Shown here: positions 48,136 to 61,896 of the stretch, piece by piece | Numbering within the stretch: the stretch's first letter is position 1 | Layout: the number at the start of each line of letters is the position of its first letter | Source: Macrostomum lignano | Lineage: Eukaryota | Length of the DNA stretch: 64,000 bases | Direction of reading: 5' to 3' | Assembly (NCBI GenBank): GCA_002269645.1 | Contig: NIVC01002322.1 | Location: 1 to 64,000, forward strand | Position numbers and translations under genes: made by a program | Notes under the pieces: model-generated | The model's input: only the letters and a program-made list of their open reading frames with translations | Told to the model about the DNA's origin: nothing | Database searches by the model: none

Positions 48136-49803
48136 GACTAGTCAAAATAAAGTTATATTTATGGCGAAGCAAAAATGCAGTTAATACTTATTATTGCAAT
48201 GTTGATGCATTTTCGCTAGATACAATTTGATAGGTAATGATTTACCCAGCTCTACTTGGTATAATTATATTTATTTTTTGTTTTGTAATTCTGCATTCTG
48301 TTCTCGGTATTTATTTGAATCGCAGCCTGCCACTGTACGTTCAAGTAAGAATTGCATACGAAAATCCAGTGCTTCCTGTTTACACTACTTTTCTCTTTGT
48401 CATCAGTAGTAATGAAGGCGCCAACTAAGAATAAAATAAAGAAAATGCCCATTTTGCCTCAAATTTCAAAACGAAAAAGAAACTCACAAAGACAGCTCGC
48501 AGGCTCTGTGCTTCCGTATCGCTATGTGTTAAGAGTTTTTTATTGTTCTATAATGCAAACCACGAAAGTGTCGATATTGAAGCAGAAAAAATTATATTAT
48601 ATAAATATAGAATAAAAAAGATTTGATAACGAGAATTTCATGCCAAAGTCTGGTATAACAAAACTATATAACAAAGCTAATTGTGAAGGCCGTAAGAAGA
48701 TCAAAATAGAGTCACCGTTTTGAATAGGTTTTAATTTGTAAGCGGATAATAACTATTTTTGTAGACAATTTGCAAGGAAGATGACAGGTGGCCACTGGTG
48801 CTATTGAATTGTCATCGGAGTACCTATTACAGTAAAATTTAATAAACAAGACAAAGCAATATCGAGTAACATCAATACGAATATTCATATTAAGCATATG
48901 ATAAAAATATAAAAAACTTGATTGATCACTTGTCTGCGTGAATTAATTTGTACCAGCCAGCAATATAAAAGGTAAATTATAGCATAAATTTGTTGCCCAT
49001 TGATTGTAGGAACAGCCGCAACAAACAACGTGCGTCGTGAATTGTTTTTCAAATGAAGCGTCCATTGCTTTTGGCAGCCGCAAAAAGTCAGTCAAGCGCA
49101 TGCATACTACTTATATTTAGATAACTATATAAGTAGCTCAAGCGATGCGGGTTATTATTTTGTGACACAAACAAAAATTCAATTGAAGGATAGCAAAACA
49201 AGCGACAGCAATTATAATGATTTATGATCAGGTTGGTGCGAGGCCAGACTATGGCACTATGGACACAAACTAAAGATAACAGAGCGGCCCAGAGGAGAGA
49301 AATATTAACGGAAGCCTCAAGACAAGAATCACGAATAGAAATTAAATAATGATATAATAGTTGGTAACACGCCATCTCGCTGAGAATTGTCTGAGCAAGC
49401 GAGTTTAGAGACGAAACTGGACGATGCAGCGGATAGGAAACAGAAAGTGTAATGAATCGGGCGGGTTGAATGGCAAATGGCCGAGTCGGGTGGAGCAGGC
49501 AAACAATTCGGGACGAAAGCAAAATTAAGCAAACTGAAGATCCCGGGGCCATCTATGGGGGGCAAGTGGGCAACACGGACCCGGTGAATTTGTAGCTTAG
49601 ATTTGTAATAACTCCGATTAGTTGATGTACATTTATATACTTACACATACCGTTCAATAAATCTATATAACTAAACTTGTATACTAATAGTAAGGTTTTC
49701 ATTTAAAAGATAGGGTCCGTGTCACCCCCCCCCCTGCACAACCTGCCCGCCCGCATCCCAGGGGGGGGGGAATTTAAATTAATAAAACAAAATCCCTGCA
49801 TGG

Positions 49804-50053
49804 CTAATCAGCGTGGCTCCGCTTCTCTCCTTCCGAGCGTTTTGGCGACCCGTGGCCGCCGCTGCCGTTCTCGCTGTCCCGCTCGTCGAATTCGCGAGTA
49901 TCGTCCACTTCCTTCTGGCGACCGGAGGCCACCTTCACCAGCAGGACCAGCACGAACTGGAAAGAGGAAAGGTCAAGGTAACTAGCTAACTGACTAACTG
50001 ATGTGACTGACTGACTGACTGACTGACTAACTAACTAACTAACTGACTGACTG

Positions 50054-50086
<33 letters not shown>

Positions 50087-52330
50087 AGAACTAACTAATT
50101 AACTGACTAACTGACTGACTAACTAACTAACTGGAACCAAAAAGCTAGCTTCTTCATATTTATAAGAAATCCAACTCACATAAAACCAGTAAATATGCAG
50201 AAACTGCAGCACAAACAGCATCGTATTGAAGAATAAGAACATCTTCGGATCCTTGTCTTTATGATAGACGTACACGCCCCAATGAGAGGTGTACAGTACC
50301 TTCAGCGGGAACCAGAACAGTCGGAACCAGGCCCTGTGGATGGGAGGATACTCTGAACTACTCTGCGCGACTTTAAGAAGTACTTGTACTGTATCTGAGC
50401 TGCTCACCAGCTGACTGTGAAGGCCAGAAAGCCAATGTTAGCCATCCATTCGTGCAGTGGCCAGTGCCTGCCTGCGCGGTCCTTCATGTAGATGTTGAGC
50501 TTTGTGAGCTCCAGGATCACGTCGCTCAGGTCATGGATGAGCAGCACCAGGGCTCCGATCTTGTAGTACCTGAAGTTAGGGGGATAGGACTGTCTGTGTG
50601 CGTGTCTGTGTCTGCCAGTGTGCCTGTCTGTGTCTGTCAGTGTGCTTGTATGTCTCTGTCTGTCTGTCTCTGTCTGTCAGTCTGTCTGTCTGTCTGTCCG
50701 TGAGGCTGAACCCAGTCCACTTACTTCATAAGAAAGGAGAACTCCAACAGGAATATTGTCAGTCCGTGATGAAACAGCATCATGTAGGAGTCCTTGCGCC
50801 AGACGTCCATGTACACTGTGCCGTAGATGGAATGGACATAGAAGCCTAACTGCAGGGCGTACATCCAGTACACATCGACAGGTATTGGCCTGGTCAGGTA
50901 GCCCTCTGAATTTAGCAGCGAGTAATGAAGGTCACTTGGGGTGAGTCTGTTTCATAGCATCTCATCTCACTACCTACCATCGAATACAATATCCTTGAAG
51001 ATGTCCAGCGGCTTCTGAAAGAAATTGTGCCGGCCGCTGTAAATGACAACATAGTAGGAGTAGCCCCACAGGCCCGTGTAGATGAGGAACTTCCACACAG
51101 ACTCGGGCCACTTGGCGCGGTTGCCTCGCTTCAGGTTCAGCGACTCGGCCAGGGGCTGAAATGTTTTTTGTAACGGAACTTGTTCTCTAACAGGTGTGAC
51201 AAACTAGATAACAGGTGTAGCACACGCTGTCTAACAGGTGAAACCCATGCTGTCTAACAGGTGTAGCCCATGCTGTCTAACAGATGTAGCCCATGCTGTT
51301 TAACAGATGTAGCCCATGCTGTCTAACAGGTGTAAGTGTAATCCATGCCGTCTAACAGGTGAAACCCATGCTGTCTAACAGGTGTAGCCCATGCTGTTTA
51401 ACAGATGTAGCCCATGCTGTTTAACAGATGTAGCCCATGCTGTCTAACAGGTGTAGCCCATGCTGTCTAACAGGTGTAGCCCATGCTGTCTAACAGGTGT
51501 AGCCCATGCTGTCTAACAGATGTAGCCCATGCTGTTTAACAGATGTAGCCCATGCTGTCTAACAGGTGGAAGTGTAATCCATGCTGTCTAACAGGTGTAG
51601 CCCATGCTGTCTAACAGGTGTAACCCATGCTGTCTAACAGGTGTAGCCCATGCTGTTTAACAGGTGGAAGTGTAATCCATGCTGTCTAACAGATGTAGCC
51701 CATGCTGTCTAACAGGTGGAAGTGTAATCCATGCTGTCTAACAGGTGTAGCCCATGCTGTCTAACAGGTGAAACCTATGCTGTCTAACAGGTGTAGCCCA
51801 TGCTGTTTAACAGATGTAGCCCATGCTGTCTAACAGGTGTAGCCCATGCTGTCTAACAGGTGTAGCCCATGCTGCTTAACAGATGTAGCCCATGCTGTCT
51901 AACAGGTGTAGCCCATGCTGTCTAACAGGTGTAGCCCATGCTGTCTAACAGTTGACAAAGACAGGTGTAAAATTGCATATCTAACAGCGGTGGCCCACAC
52001 TGCAACAGTGATTATAGATGCCACCAGAAATGAAAAGCTTGCACAGCAATGACATTGTAAAACACGACTCACCAGGGACACAGTGGCAGTTACAATGTAC
52101 CTCAGGATAGTAAACACTGTGCCCAGCATAAGTACAGTTAGTATATCAGTCAGTTTAACAGAGGTGACCATATGATAAGTGAACTGGTAGTCATGAGGAT
52201 ATTTGGTGCCATTGTAGGCGAATTCGTTGAGTGAGATTAAAATTCGCTCAAAGAACTGATATAATGTTGGGTCTTCATAGTAGGAGTCGGGAAAAGTCCG
52301 AGCATTGCTTGGAGAGCCAGAGGCTGCCAT
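49804..52330 (-). CDS. CERS1: Ceramide synthase 1-type (TLC/Lag1 domain)
   Basis: Exons 52330-52073, 51155-50978, 50905-50725, 50569-50408, 50333-50180, 49956-49804. KWPESVWKFLIY, GFYVHSIYGTVYMDVWRKDS..M.FHH, LLIHDLSDV.LE.TKL, WFRLFWFPLK, EVDDTREFD. Confidence 0.95.
49981..50150. repeat. (ACTA/ACTG)n microsatellite in CerS intron
   Basis: Direct inspection. Confidence 0.95.
51215..51950. repeat. ~23-bp intronic minisatellite (agcccatgctgtctaacaggtgt)
   Basis: Fills CerS intron 1. Confidence 0.95.
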
Positions 52331-53942
52331 TGCAATCACTTTGCTGGAACTGATTGATAGTCAAACAATATTAAATTTATTTGCGCACCTCTCACATGCA
52401 TTAATAAAAAGTGATTTTATTGATTCCATTTTTGGGATCAGAATCCCTATTTTTGCCACAATAACTGGTCTTTTTATTGGGCTTAGAATTATATTTCTAA
52501 CTCTAAGGATAAATATAAATGGTTAAAAATAGCCAGGCAAATTGTAATGGCAAATATTGATTTATCAACACTATAAATTTTGGCAAAATGTGGCATCAAA
52601 AGCTGTTCATATATTCACCATGTGCAAACAGAAATGTGCTAGTATATAACCCCTTTGGTTTAATAACTAAGAAAGTTTTTTGGCATAAAAATTATTTTTT
52701 AATACATTAATGCATATAAAACTAGGCTTTTTGAGTATTGGCTCTTCTTTAAATTTAATTCTATAATGACAAATATAATGAAAATTGCTTTTATTAGGTA
52801 ATTTATAATGAAAGTCTTACCAATGGCTAATGGTGCCTTCATTTAGAAATATCTTATATAAAAAAGCCATATTAATGGTTTTAATTGGCTATTATTCTTC
52901 ATTAATGACTTAATCTTTATTACTAATAGGCCTTGAATAAGAATTTCCACATTTACATATTTTATAAAGCCTAAGACTATCTCAATGTCATTTAGGATTT
53001 AGTGTAGATATAGTTTAATGACCATATATATAAAATTAGGCTATTTCAACAAAAGCTATATAATATTAGTAATGAATTCATTAATGACAAAAGGCTAATC
53101 ATTGCTTCACTTGTACATTAATAAAATCTATTACATTTAACTTTCAATGATAACATTCAACAAGTTTCAAAATCAATTTTAATACTACCATTATCTTTTT
53201 CACATTAAATATTATATTATTTTTGCCAATTTTATATTTTGATTTTTGTATAATTTTATGCAACTATACTTATCTGACAAACAAATCCTGTGTTGGACAT
53301 TTTAATGAGTTTTTATATTGTCTATTAGTCCAAAAGTACAATCAATTGCTCACTTTCTCAATTTTCTCACTTTCAGTTGGCAAAAAATATGTGAGTAATT
53401 TCCTTAGGTCATAGTTTATGCTATATAATGCTAGTGATAATAAGTTTTAAATTAAATAGCTTACTTTTTATAAAAATTTTGTTAAAATATAGACAATTTA
53501 AGTAATTAGGCCAATTAAAGATATGTATAGTCATAGTGACCCCTAATACTTAGACTAAATAACTATATATAGCCTTTAGATGCATTATGCAATAGTTGTA
53601 GCTAAGCTATTAGCTGCATATCTACCTATTAGATAGGTATAATCAATTATTTATTATTATTGTTATCTAAATATATAGGCTAGCCAAACCCTTCTACATG
53701 AGATTGATGTGCTAAAAAATATTTTATACTAGGCTAGGCCTTATCTAGGCTAACTAGCAAGAAAATCATTTAATTAAGGATTGTTATAGTATTGTTTAAA
53801 TTTTAGGTTTAATTAGGCCTAGTAGTTTTATAGGCCCCTAGTACTATACCTATATTTATATTACTATTGAGAGACTCCCAAAAATTGGTTTTAACCTACA
53901 TTAAACCAATGTTAAAGTTAAAGTGTACACATGCTTGGACGT

Positions 53943-54090
53943 AACCTTGGGATTCACTCGGCTATTTCTATTGGCAACATGCACATATAAGTCGCTACTA
54001 GACAGAATAGTAATCGTGTGACTACTTTCAGCCAATAGCAACTTATATGTATATGTTGCCAATAGAAATGGCTGGGTGATTCTCAAGGTT
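53943..54090. mobile_element. Short hairpin-type MITE; partial related copy at ~35244-35370
   Basis: Imperfect inverted arms aaccttgggattcac..tttctattggcaacat / atgttgccaatagaaa..gtgattctcaaggtt. Confidence 0.6.
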
Positions 54091-54597
54091 GCACATGTAT
54101 AAATATACATAGTGGAATGGGGTGGCTACACATTGGATAACAAGCATAATAAAGTGGCTAACCAAGGAGTAAGGGGTAGGTAGGTCATTATGTAGAATCA
54201 TGCTATTTGCTCAGTTTGTTATATACATTGGCTATGTACATTAATTTAATGTTAGTAAAAGCCAATTGGCTAAAATTATTTATATAAATTAAAAAATAAG
54301 ACAACTTTTAGTGTTATAAATTTACAGGATTGTTGTAGGCCTAGGTCCCTAGATGTATTTTACTTTTTTAAAATAGGCCTATTAGGGTAATTAGGCCCTA
54401 TGTTCATTTTTTATTAAAATTCTAGAAACCAACAAAAAGCTAACTTATTAAAAAAGTAAAAACAATGAAAATTTTATCAAACTTTTAAGTAGGCCCTATA
54501 TATAGGCTTATCTAATACAAGAATTATATAAGAATTGAAAATAGTCCTTTATATTAGCTTTACATTTTATATTAAATTATTATGTTAGGGCCTAGAA

Positions 54598-54894
54598 CAT
54601 ACATGCGCAACAGTCGGCCGAGTTGGCCGATCCGGCCGACTGATTTGGCGGCCAACCAAGGAAGTCGCAAAAATGCCCACCCAAAAAAAGAACCAAGTAG
54701 TAGTACTAAGTAGCTGATGAGGTATTTTGGCTTAATAAGACAGTCATAGTTACTCCTGCCATTTACCCAAAGTTGCATTAATTTTGCTTTAGGGTTTTTT
54801 ACATGTAAGTCGCATTTTTGGCCAAAAACTATGTCGCATTTTTGTTGAAACTAAGTCGCATGGCCAACCAAATTTTGGAGGTTGCGCATGTATG
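54598..54894. mobile_element. 297-bp MITE, 14-bp TIR catacatgcgcaac, perfect 8-bp TSD gcctagaa (hAT/P-like)
   Basis: TIRs at 54598-54611 and 54881-54894. TSD at 54590-54597 and 54895-54902. Confidence 0.88.
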
Positions 54895-57800
54895 GCCTAG
54901 AACCTATTAAATTTTTCTTTTTAAAATACAAAAGTATATATTCTGTTTTTGTAATGTAGGCCTAATTTTAAATGTTAAGGGCCTATGTCTATGATGTTTT
55001 TTAATAAGCTATTTAATTCCATTAAAAAAGATGATAATTAGTTTGCTATATTAGGCCTATCCAAATTAATTCCAAATAAATATTTCAAGAAGTTTTCTCT
55101 ATACCTATAGGCTAACAACTATAACAAATGATTTTTTCATTTTTTTAGATTATATTTATTTTATTTTTTTAATAATTCCTTTACAAATTGTTATTTAAAT
55201 TTGCTTTTGTATGCATATTGGTGTGACGTTGCTAGTTTAAGTGGTCCCGTTGGACTATAGTTTCCCTTGCTATTTCTCATTTTAATTTCTCCAATAGTTT
55301 ATTTTAACGTTTACTTGTAGTAGCGTGCAAATAATCTGTATCAATTGCTAATTCACTGTGTGTTTGGTAGGCCTTGCGCTCGTCTGTGAATTTTGGCACG
55401 ATCGATAATTTCAAGTTCTCTCGCCAGCCAATGAAGGCTCTCCGTGTTTGCGCTACCCCCCTTTTGCGCTCTTTATTAGCACCCCCCCCGCCTGGCGGCG
55501 GGCCCCTCACCCTTCGGCCCTTCTCCTCCTGCCTTCTGTCTGGTTTCGGGCTGCCTCGAGCCCCCCTTATCTCTCACCACGGCTCCTCTGTCTGGGCCAG
55601 CCTGTTTACACTGCCTGCCACTATCTGCCATGGCTAACGCCAATCTCACCACTACGCATCTGCCTCTTCTGTGCTCATCGCCGTTACTCACCACGTTGCA
55701 TCGCATTGCATCACTCGCCTGCCACTCGACTGCAATTTCTAACTCACCTTCAATTCAAAACCATTGTTGCAGCCGCCAGTGTCCCAAAGCGCAGTAAGTT
55801 CTGTATTGACATTAACCAATTAGAATATTGATCTCAACAATAAATCAACTACGGCAGTTCCCTGCCTTGTACGCCAAGTGCTCCGCTACACAATCCGCTT
55901 CTCAAGACTTGACTCGATTCATTTTGGGACTACGACTTACGACGACTCTCGTAAAACGGCCCTTTTAAGGATCATAGCCGCTACACCAATAATCGTGACA
56001 ATTGGCAAGCCATAGACTAGACCTAGGACTCTCACTGAACTGAAGTCTGTGTGGTTGGTAGGCCTAAGCCTATGCTAGCTTATTCATTTATTTTTTAACT
56101 AGGCTAGGCCTAGGGGCCTAAATATTTGATTAAAGCATTATATTATACTAGGCACATTATTGTAGGCCTAGGCATGAATAAAAAACTAAATTTAAGCTGA
56201 CGAGTCGACAACAGTTTACCTTTCCCCGACGTTTTGACTGCCTGTGGCCTTTTTGATTTGTTGCTTACATATCCGCTTTTAAACTTAAGTGGAGAACTAC
56301 TAAGTTTATGAAATGCTTTTAGCGCTAGGTACCAAAAATAGGATTCCTAAGCTAAAAATAAGTACTGTTTTGTGTGATTTCTAATAAGGCACGAACACAA
56401 CACCATCATTGGCATCAAGGTTAAAGTTTAAGATAACTTTTTAGTTTAGTGGCAATAATGAATAATCGGCACATTATCAGAAGTCATAAAGTAGACGCTT
56501 TTAAACAAAAAATGTTATCGTAAGAATAATAATAATGCATTTTTTTGTTGGAAGCAGCATCTCGCAGCCACTTCAAAACTATAATCACTAAAATCCGCGT
56601 AATAAAAACAAATCTATGATAGATTGATAGTGTCAGTTCCTAACTCCCACGTTTAGAATTCCTTAAGACATTCATTGGTTTTATATTACATTATTACATC
56701 ATGTTGTCGATGCTGACCCCCGTCGAATTAATTTTAATTCTATAACTACCATGTCTGCATACGTGTATAGAAATATTAAGTGTACAACTTTAAAGCCCAA
56801 CTGTAAATCATGGAAGAATGCAATATACTTCATATGATTCAAGGTGACTTTATGTAAGAATTTGCCTTATATTCCTTTGCCAAGGAATATAACGAAGTGT
56901 TTCTAGTGGTCCTTGGAATTTGCGTGTACATTAAAGTTATGGTATGGGTGCACGACAATTGACACAATGTAACTGCCACAAATTGACTGCCAACAAAATG
57001 AAGCTTCTAAAGTTAGCATGTTTTCACAACTTTTACGTCTACATGTGCGTGTACTACACGCTTGTCCAGCAGAACAATTGACTTTTTGGGGCAGCTGAGG
57101 TCATTGCAGATTCGGATCCTGCCGTCAGGCTTTGGGACGACTGCCAGATTCGAGATCTACTCGGATGCCTGGATCTCCTCGACGATCCCGTCCTCTGGAA
57201 GCCATGATCGATCCCAGCATATGGATATTCTCTTTTGCGGCGTCCGTCGGAGAGCTACAATATGTACATTTAGATTGCGCCACTGGAGGCACTGCGGGGT
57301 TCACTTGGGGCCGGTGCTCGAACCCCCGAATCCAGCCGAGTCCTCGCGTCAGCTGCTTAAGGCGATCTGGCAGCCCGGCGGTCAGCGTCGCCTTCGCGGC
57401 CGGTTTACCATTTGGAAGCTGAAGATCGGCGACAATGACCGAAAGCACCGCCTGTCCCAGCACGTCGGACGCGATGAGCTCCCTTTGGTCCCGAGGTTCA
57501 GACGTAGGCCGTTCTCTCCACGATAGAATCGACACTGCCCTGGCTGGACCTTCAGCCGGCATCTGATGTCGGGACTGGCAGTGCCGCGCATAGTGAATAC
57601 CTCGTGGCTGTTCTCGTCTGCGAACTCGACCACCTGCATATATGTGTGTGCCGTGCGACCTGCGAGGGCAGTGCCCTGCCAAAATGGTTCTGCTTGCCAC
57701 ATGCATACAGCAGGACTTGCCTTCAGCAGCATGAGTTTGCTGAGCATATATGTACGAGCGTATATACATGTACATGTATAAGTCTTAAGATTCACGGTCA

Positions 57801-57895
57801 AAACCAGGGGCGCCAGCACCACAGGGGCGCCAGCACCACAGGGGCGCCAGCTATAGGGGGTTGGGGGGATGTCCAATATTTAGCTCAGCTGGGTT

Positions 57896-58232
57896 GCTTT
57901 CACAAGCTCGAAATTTCACAACCTCGAAACCAGTTACTTTCATAAGCTCGAAATTTCACAACCTCGAAACCAGTTACTTTCATAAGCTCGAAATTTCACA
58001 ACCTCGAAAATTTTAGCAAGCGACTTCATAAGCTTCATAGGTTTTCGAGGTTGTGAAATTTCGAGCTTGTGAAGTCGCTTGCTAAAATTTTCGAGGATAT
58101 GAAATTTCGAGCTTATGAAGTTTCGGGTTTGTGAAAGTGGGCTGCTAGAATGGTTTTCGAGGTTGTGAAATTTCGAGCTTATGAAGTCGGCTACTAAAAT
58201 TTTCGAGGTTGTGAAATTTCGAGCTTATGAAG
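57896..58232. mobile_element. Foldback-like palindromic modular repeat
   Basis: Modules tttcacaacctcgaaa on the left switch to tttcgaggttgtgaaa on the right at ~58038. Confidence 0.65.
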
Positions 58233-58834
58233 CGAGCCCGGTTGCCACTGCACCCCTTTTTCTCTCTTGCCTGCTATGCACACGCTCTGGAACCGGCCGG
58301 GTCTTTCAGTTTTCCTGCATCTTCAGTCTGAAATTGAAATTGATTTCTTTTTCAATAATTTCGAGACAGAGAGGCAGTCTGCAGACTTGGATGGAGTCGA
58401 CAGGATGAAGTTATTGCTAATTTTGCTAAGCAATGGGGCTGCTCGTAGAAAACCATACAGGAGGCGATTGTTCCAGCCTCAATATCTTTATAAGTAATCT
58501 GGTAAAATGCAATTATTTTTTTAATTACTCTGTTATAAAAGCAAAAAACACTAAATTTGCTACTGATAGAGAGTAGCGATTTTTTTGCAATTGGGCATTT
58601 AGCTTTTGTTTGCTCGTGGTTGATGCTGGAAAATGTGCACATTCGACGTGTGCAAATGGTTAGTTATAGTCTCCGTGGTTTGTGCTCTCAGAGGCAGTAC
58701 AGAGATGCAGGTGCAGTCCGCTCTCCGGGATACAGAGAGAAGCCTATAAATTGCGTAGCATTAAAAAGGCACAGAAATGAATGGACGCATTAACTATAGA
58801 AGTTTTCAAACCTGAGTTTGTTCTCGCATTCCAG

Positions 58835-59085
58835 CAGACCCCCAGCCGGCCCGAGTGATGCTGTCTGTACCGTGGATCATTCTATCGTTCGAGCTGTCCG
58901 TCTCGGTTGTTCTTCTGGCCGTTCTCATAATCCTCGGCGTGTACAAGTACAACGGGCTGAAAGTGGTCATCGGCCCGAAGCCTTCGGCTCCGAGAGATCG
59001 CGACATCACCGATTTGTCGGATTTTAACACGACGATGCCGGATTCGCACCTTTCAAAGCATCACCTGCAAGCGTACTGGGAATAA
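58835..59085 (+). CDS. Possible terminal exon of a small single-pass membrane protein
   Basis: GC-rich island with hydrophobic stretch SVSVVLLAVLIILGVY followed by KYNGLK. Possible upstream exons at ~58404-58495 and ~58690-58750 were not resolved. Confidence 0.35.
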
Positions 59086-59209
59086 TCATGGTTGAGTATT
59101 GCCTGCTCAAAGGACAAATTTGTGTGCATGAAGTTTTTATGTTTATACTCGACAGGAAAAAAATTAATGTCCTTGGAAATGTCCTACCACTCTGGGGAAA
59201 TGCTCTATG

Positions 59210-59885
59210 CTTCGGGCGACATGTCCTTATACCTTGGGTGACATGTCCTTATACCTTGGGCGACATGTCCTTATACCTTGGGCGACATGTCCTTATACCT
59301 TCGGCGAAATGTCCTAATTATACCTTGGCGAAATGTCCTAATTATACCTCGGGCGACATGTCCTAATTATACCTCGGGTGACATGTCCTAATTATACCTT
59401 AGGCGACATGTCCTAATTATACCTTGGGCGACATGTCCTAATTATACCTTGGGCGACATGTCCTAGTTATACCTTGGCGAAACGTCCTAATTATACCTTG
59501 GGCGAAATGTCCTAATTATACCTCGGGCGACATGTCCTAATTATACCTTGGGCGACATGTCCTAGTTATACCTTGGCGAAACGTCCTAATTATACCTTGG
59601 GCGAAATGTCCTAATTATACCTCGGGCGACATGTCCTAATTATACCTCGGGTGACATGTCCTAATTATACCTTAGGCGACATGTCCTAATTATACCTTGG
59701 GCGACATGTCCTAATTATACCTTGGGCGACATGTCCTAATTATACCTTGGCGAAACGTCCTAATTATACCTTGGGCGAAATGTCCTAATTATACCTCGGG
59801 CGACATGTCCTAATTATACCTTGGGCGACATGTCCTAATTACACCTCGGGCGAACTGTCCTTATACATTTGGCGAAATGTCCTAC
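59210..59885. repeat. 21-22-bp tandem repeat (ttataccttgggcgacatgtcctaa)
   Basis: About 30 units visible. Confidence 0.95.
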
Positions 59886-60499
59886 ACCTCTGGAGAAATG
59901 CCTTAAGTTACATTTTTTGTTTAAACTAAGTCGTACGGCCGGTGAGGGTTTGAATGCCTGAGGCGAAATGTAACGCGGGCACTTTTGCTACAGCTCAAGT
60001 TAGTAATTACGAGTAATTATAAGGCAGACCATCTTAGGGTGAGTAAAGAAGCGGTGCAGTGACATAAAAGAGAGTTTGGACACGAGGCTGAGACTATTCT
60101 GTTTTTATTGAAATGACTCAAAAATGTCTACACGAGTATAGTTATATTGCATGAGTCTGAGTTTATAATTAGAACTTACACGCAAGTTAATTTTTCTATA
60201 CACCCAGCAACCGGAATCCTTTTTTTCGCCTAGAAAAGATCCTTGACTCTAATTGCTATTGCTTATTCGCATATGAAAGAATTTTTTCTTTAACCAAAAA
60301 ATATAACTCAAATGATATTCGCTTTCTGATTTTTTTCTCAAAGTTGAAACTTCAATAAGACAGAACACCATAATTATTGGCACTAATCTTATTAATTTAA
60401 TTACTCGAATGTTAGATTAAACTTTTCTTAAGCTGCCCACAGAGGGAAATGTGGAAAAGGGCGTCAAAAGGATGATAGGGTGTCAAATGGGAGACAAAG

Positions 60500-61262
60500 G
60501 AAAGTCAGGAGAGAGACAAAGGGATGTCAGGAGAGAGACAAAGGAATGTCAGAAGAGACAAAGGAATGTCAGGAGAGAAAGGAATGTCAGGAGGGAGATA
60601 AAGGGATGTCAGGAGAGAGACAAATGGGATGTCAGAAATGAGACAAAGGGAATCAGGGGTGTCAAGAGAGAGATAAAGAGATGTCAGGAGAGAGACAAAG
60701 GGATGTCAGGTGAGGAGAGAGACAAAGGGATATCAGGAGAGAGACAAAGAGATGTCAGGAGAGAGACAAAGGGATGTCAGGAGAGAGACAAAGAGATGTC
60801 AAGAGAGAGACAAAGAGATGTCAGGAGAGAGACAAAGAGATGTCAGGAGAGAGAGAAAGAGATGTCAGGAGAGAGACAAAGAGATGTCAGGAGAGAGACA
60901 AAGAGATGTCAGGAGAGAGAGAAAGGGATGTCAGGAGAGAGACAAAGGGATATCAGGAGAGAGACAAAGAGATGTCAGGAGAGAGGAAAGGGATATCAGG
61001 AGAGAGACAAAGGGATGTCAGGAGAGAGAGAAAGGGATGTCAGGAGAGAGAGAAAGGGATGTCAGGAGAGAGACAAAGGGATATCAGGAGAGAGACAAAG
61101 AGATGTCAGGAGAGAGGAAAGGGATATCAGGAGAGAGACAAAGGGATGTCAGGAGAGAGAGAAAGGGATGTCAGGAGGGGGGATAAAGATATGTCAGGAG
61201 AGAGACGAAGGGATGTCAGGAGGGAGATAAGGGATGTCAGGAGGGAGATAAGGGATGTCGGA
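60500..61262. repeat. Purine-rich ~20-bp minisatellite (agagacaaagggatgtcaggag)
   Basis: Direct inspection. Confidence 0.93.
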
Positions 61263-61896
61263 GAGTAATAATGACTTTTTGACGTATTGATAGGTGTTTT
61301 ATTATTAGCTTAGAGCCAGCGCGAAAGAATACACGAATAATTTTTCATATTTTATTTAAACAATTGGACACGTCGGCAAGCCAACATTAAAATCATCAGC
61401 TATTTGAAATTGACACTTTTAGCAAAAATAATTGTTCGAAATTAATAATTAACACACGAAAGTACAAGATTGTCAACGACAGTGATGGCTTGCTCCAAAC
61501 CAAGTACGGTGAATTGAAGCTTGAATACCGCACACAGCTGCACATTTAAATTTAGCAGGACAAATAGATAATAAGGTCCCAACAAGCAGCCACTTTCACT
61601 TAGCTAATAAAAAAATATGCAATAAAACAATAGAAAGCTGGAAAATACAAGGAGGGCTGAGCTGATATTTTTCAACTGTTTAAAACAGAAACTGAAACAC
61701 AACAACTGGAACAAACGTTACAGTTAAAGGCAGAATCAAAGCTCCATTAAAGCAGATAACGCAACCGAGAAAATTGCTGAACCAACCCGGCCTGACTACT
61801 GACGAATAGTCATAAGTAGAGTAGCACGTAGACGAAAAGTTAAAATGTAAATAAAAATCGAAAATATAATTATCTTAAAAAATGACGAAGAATCAA

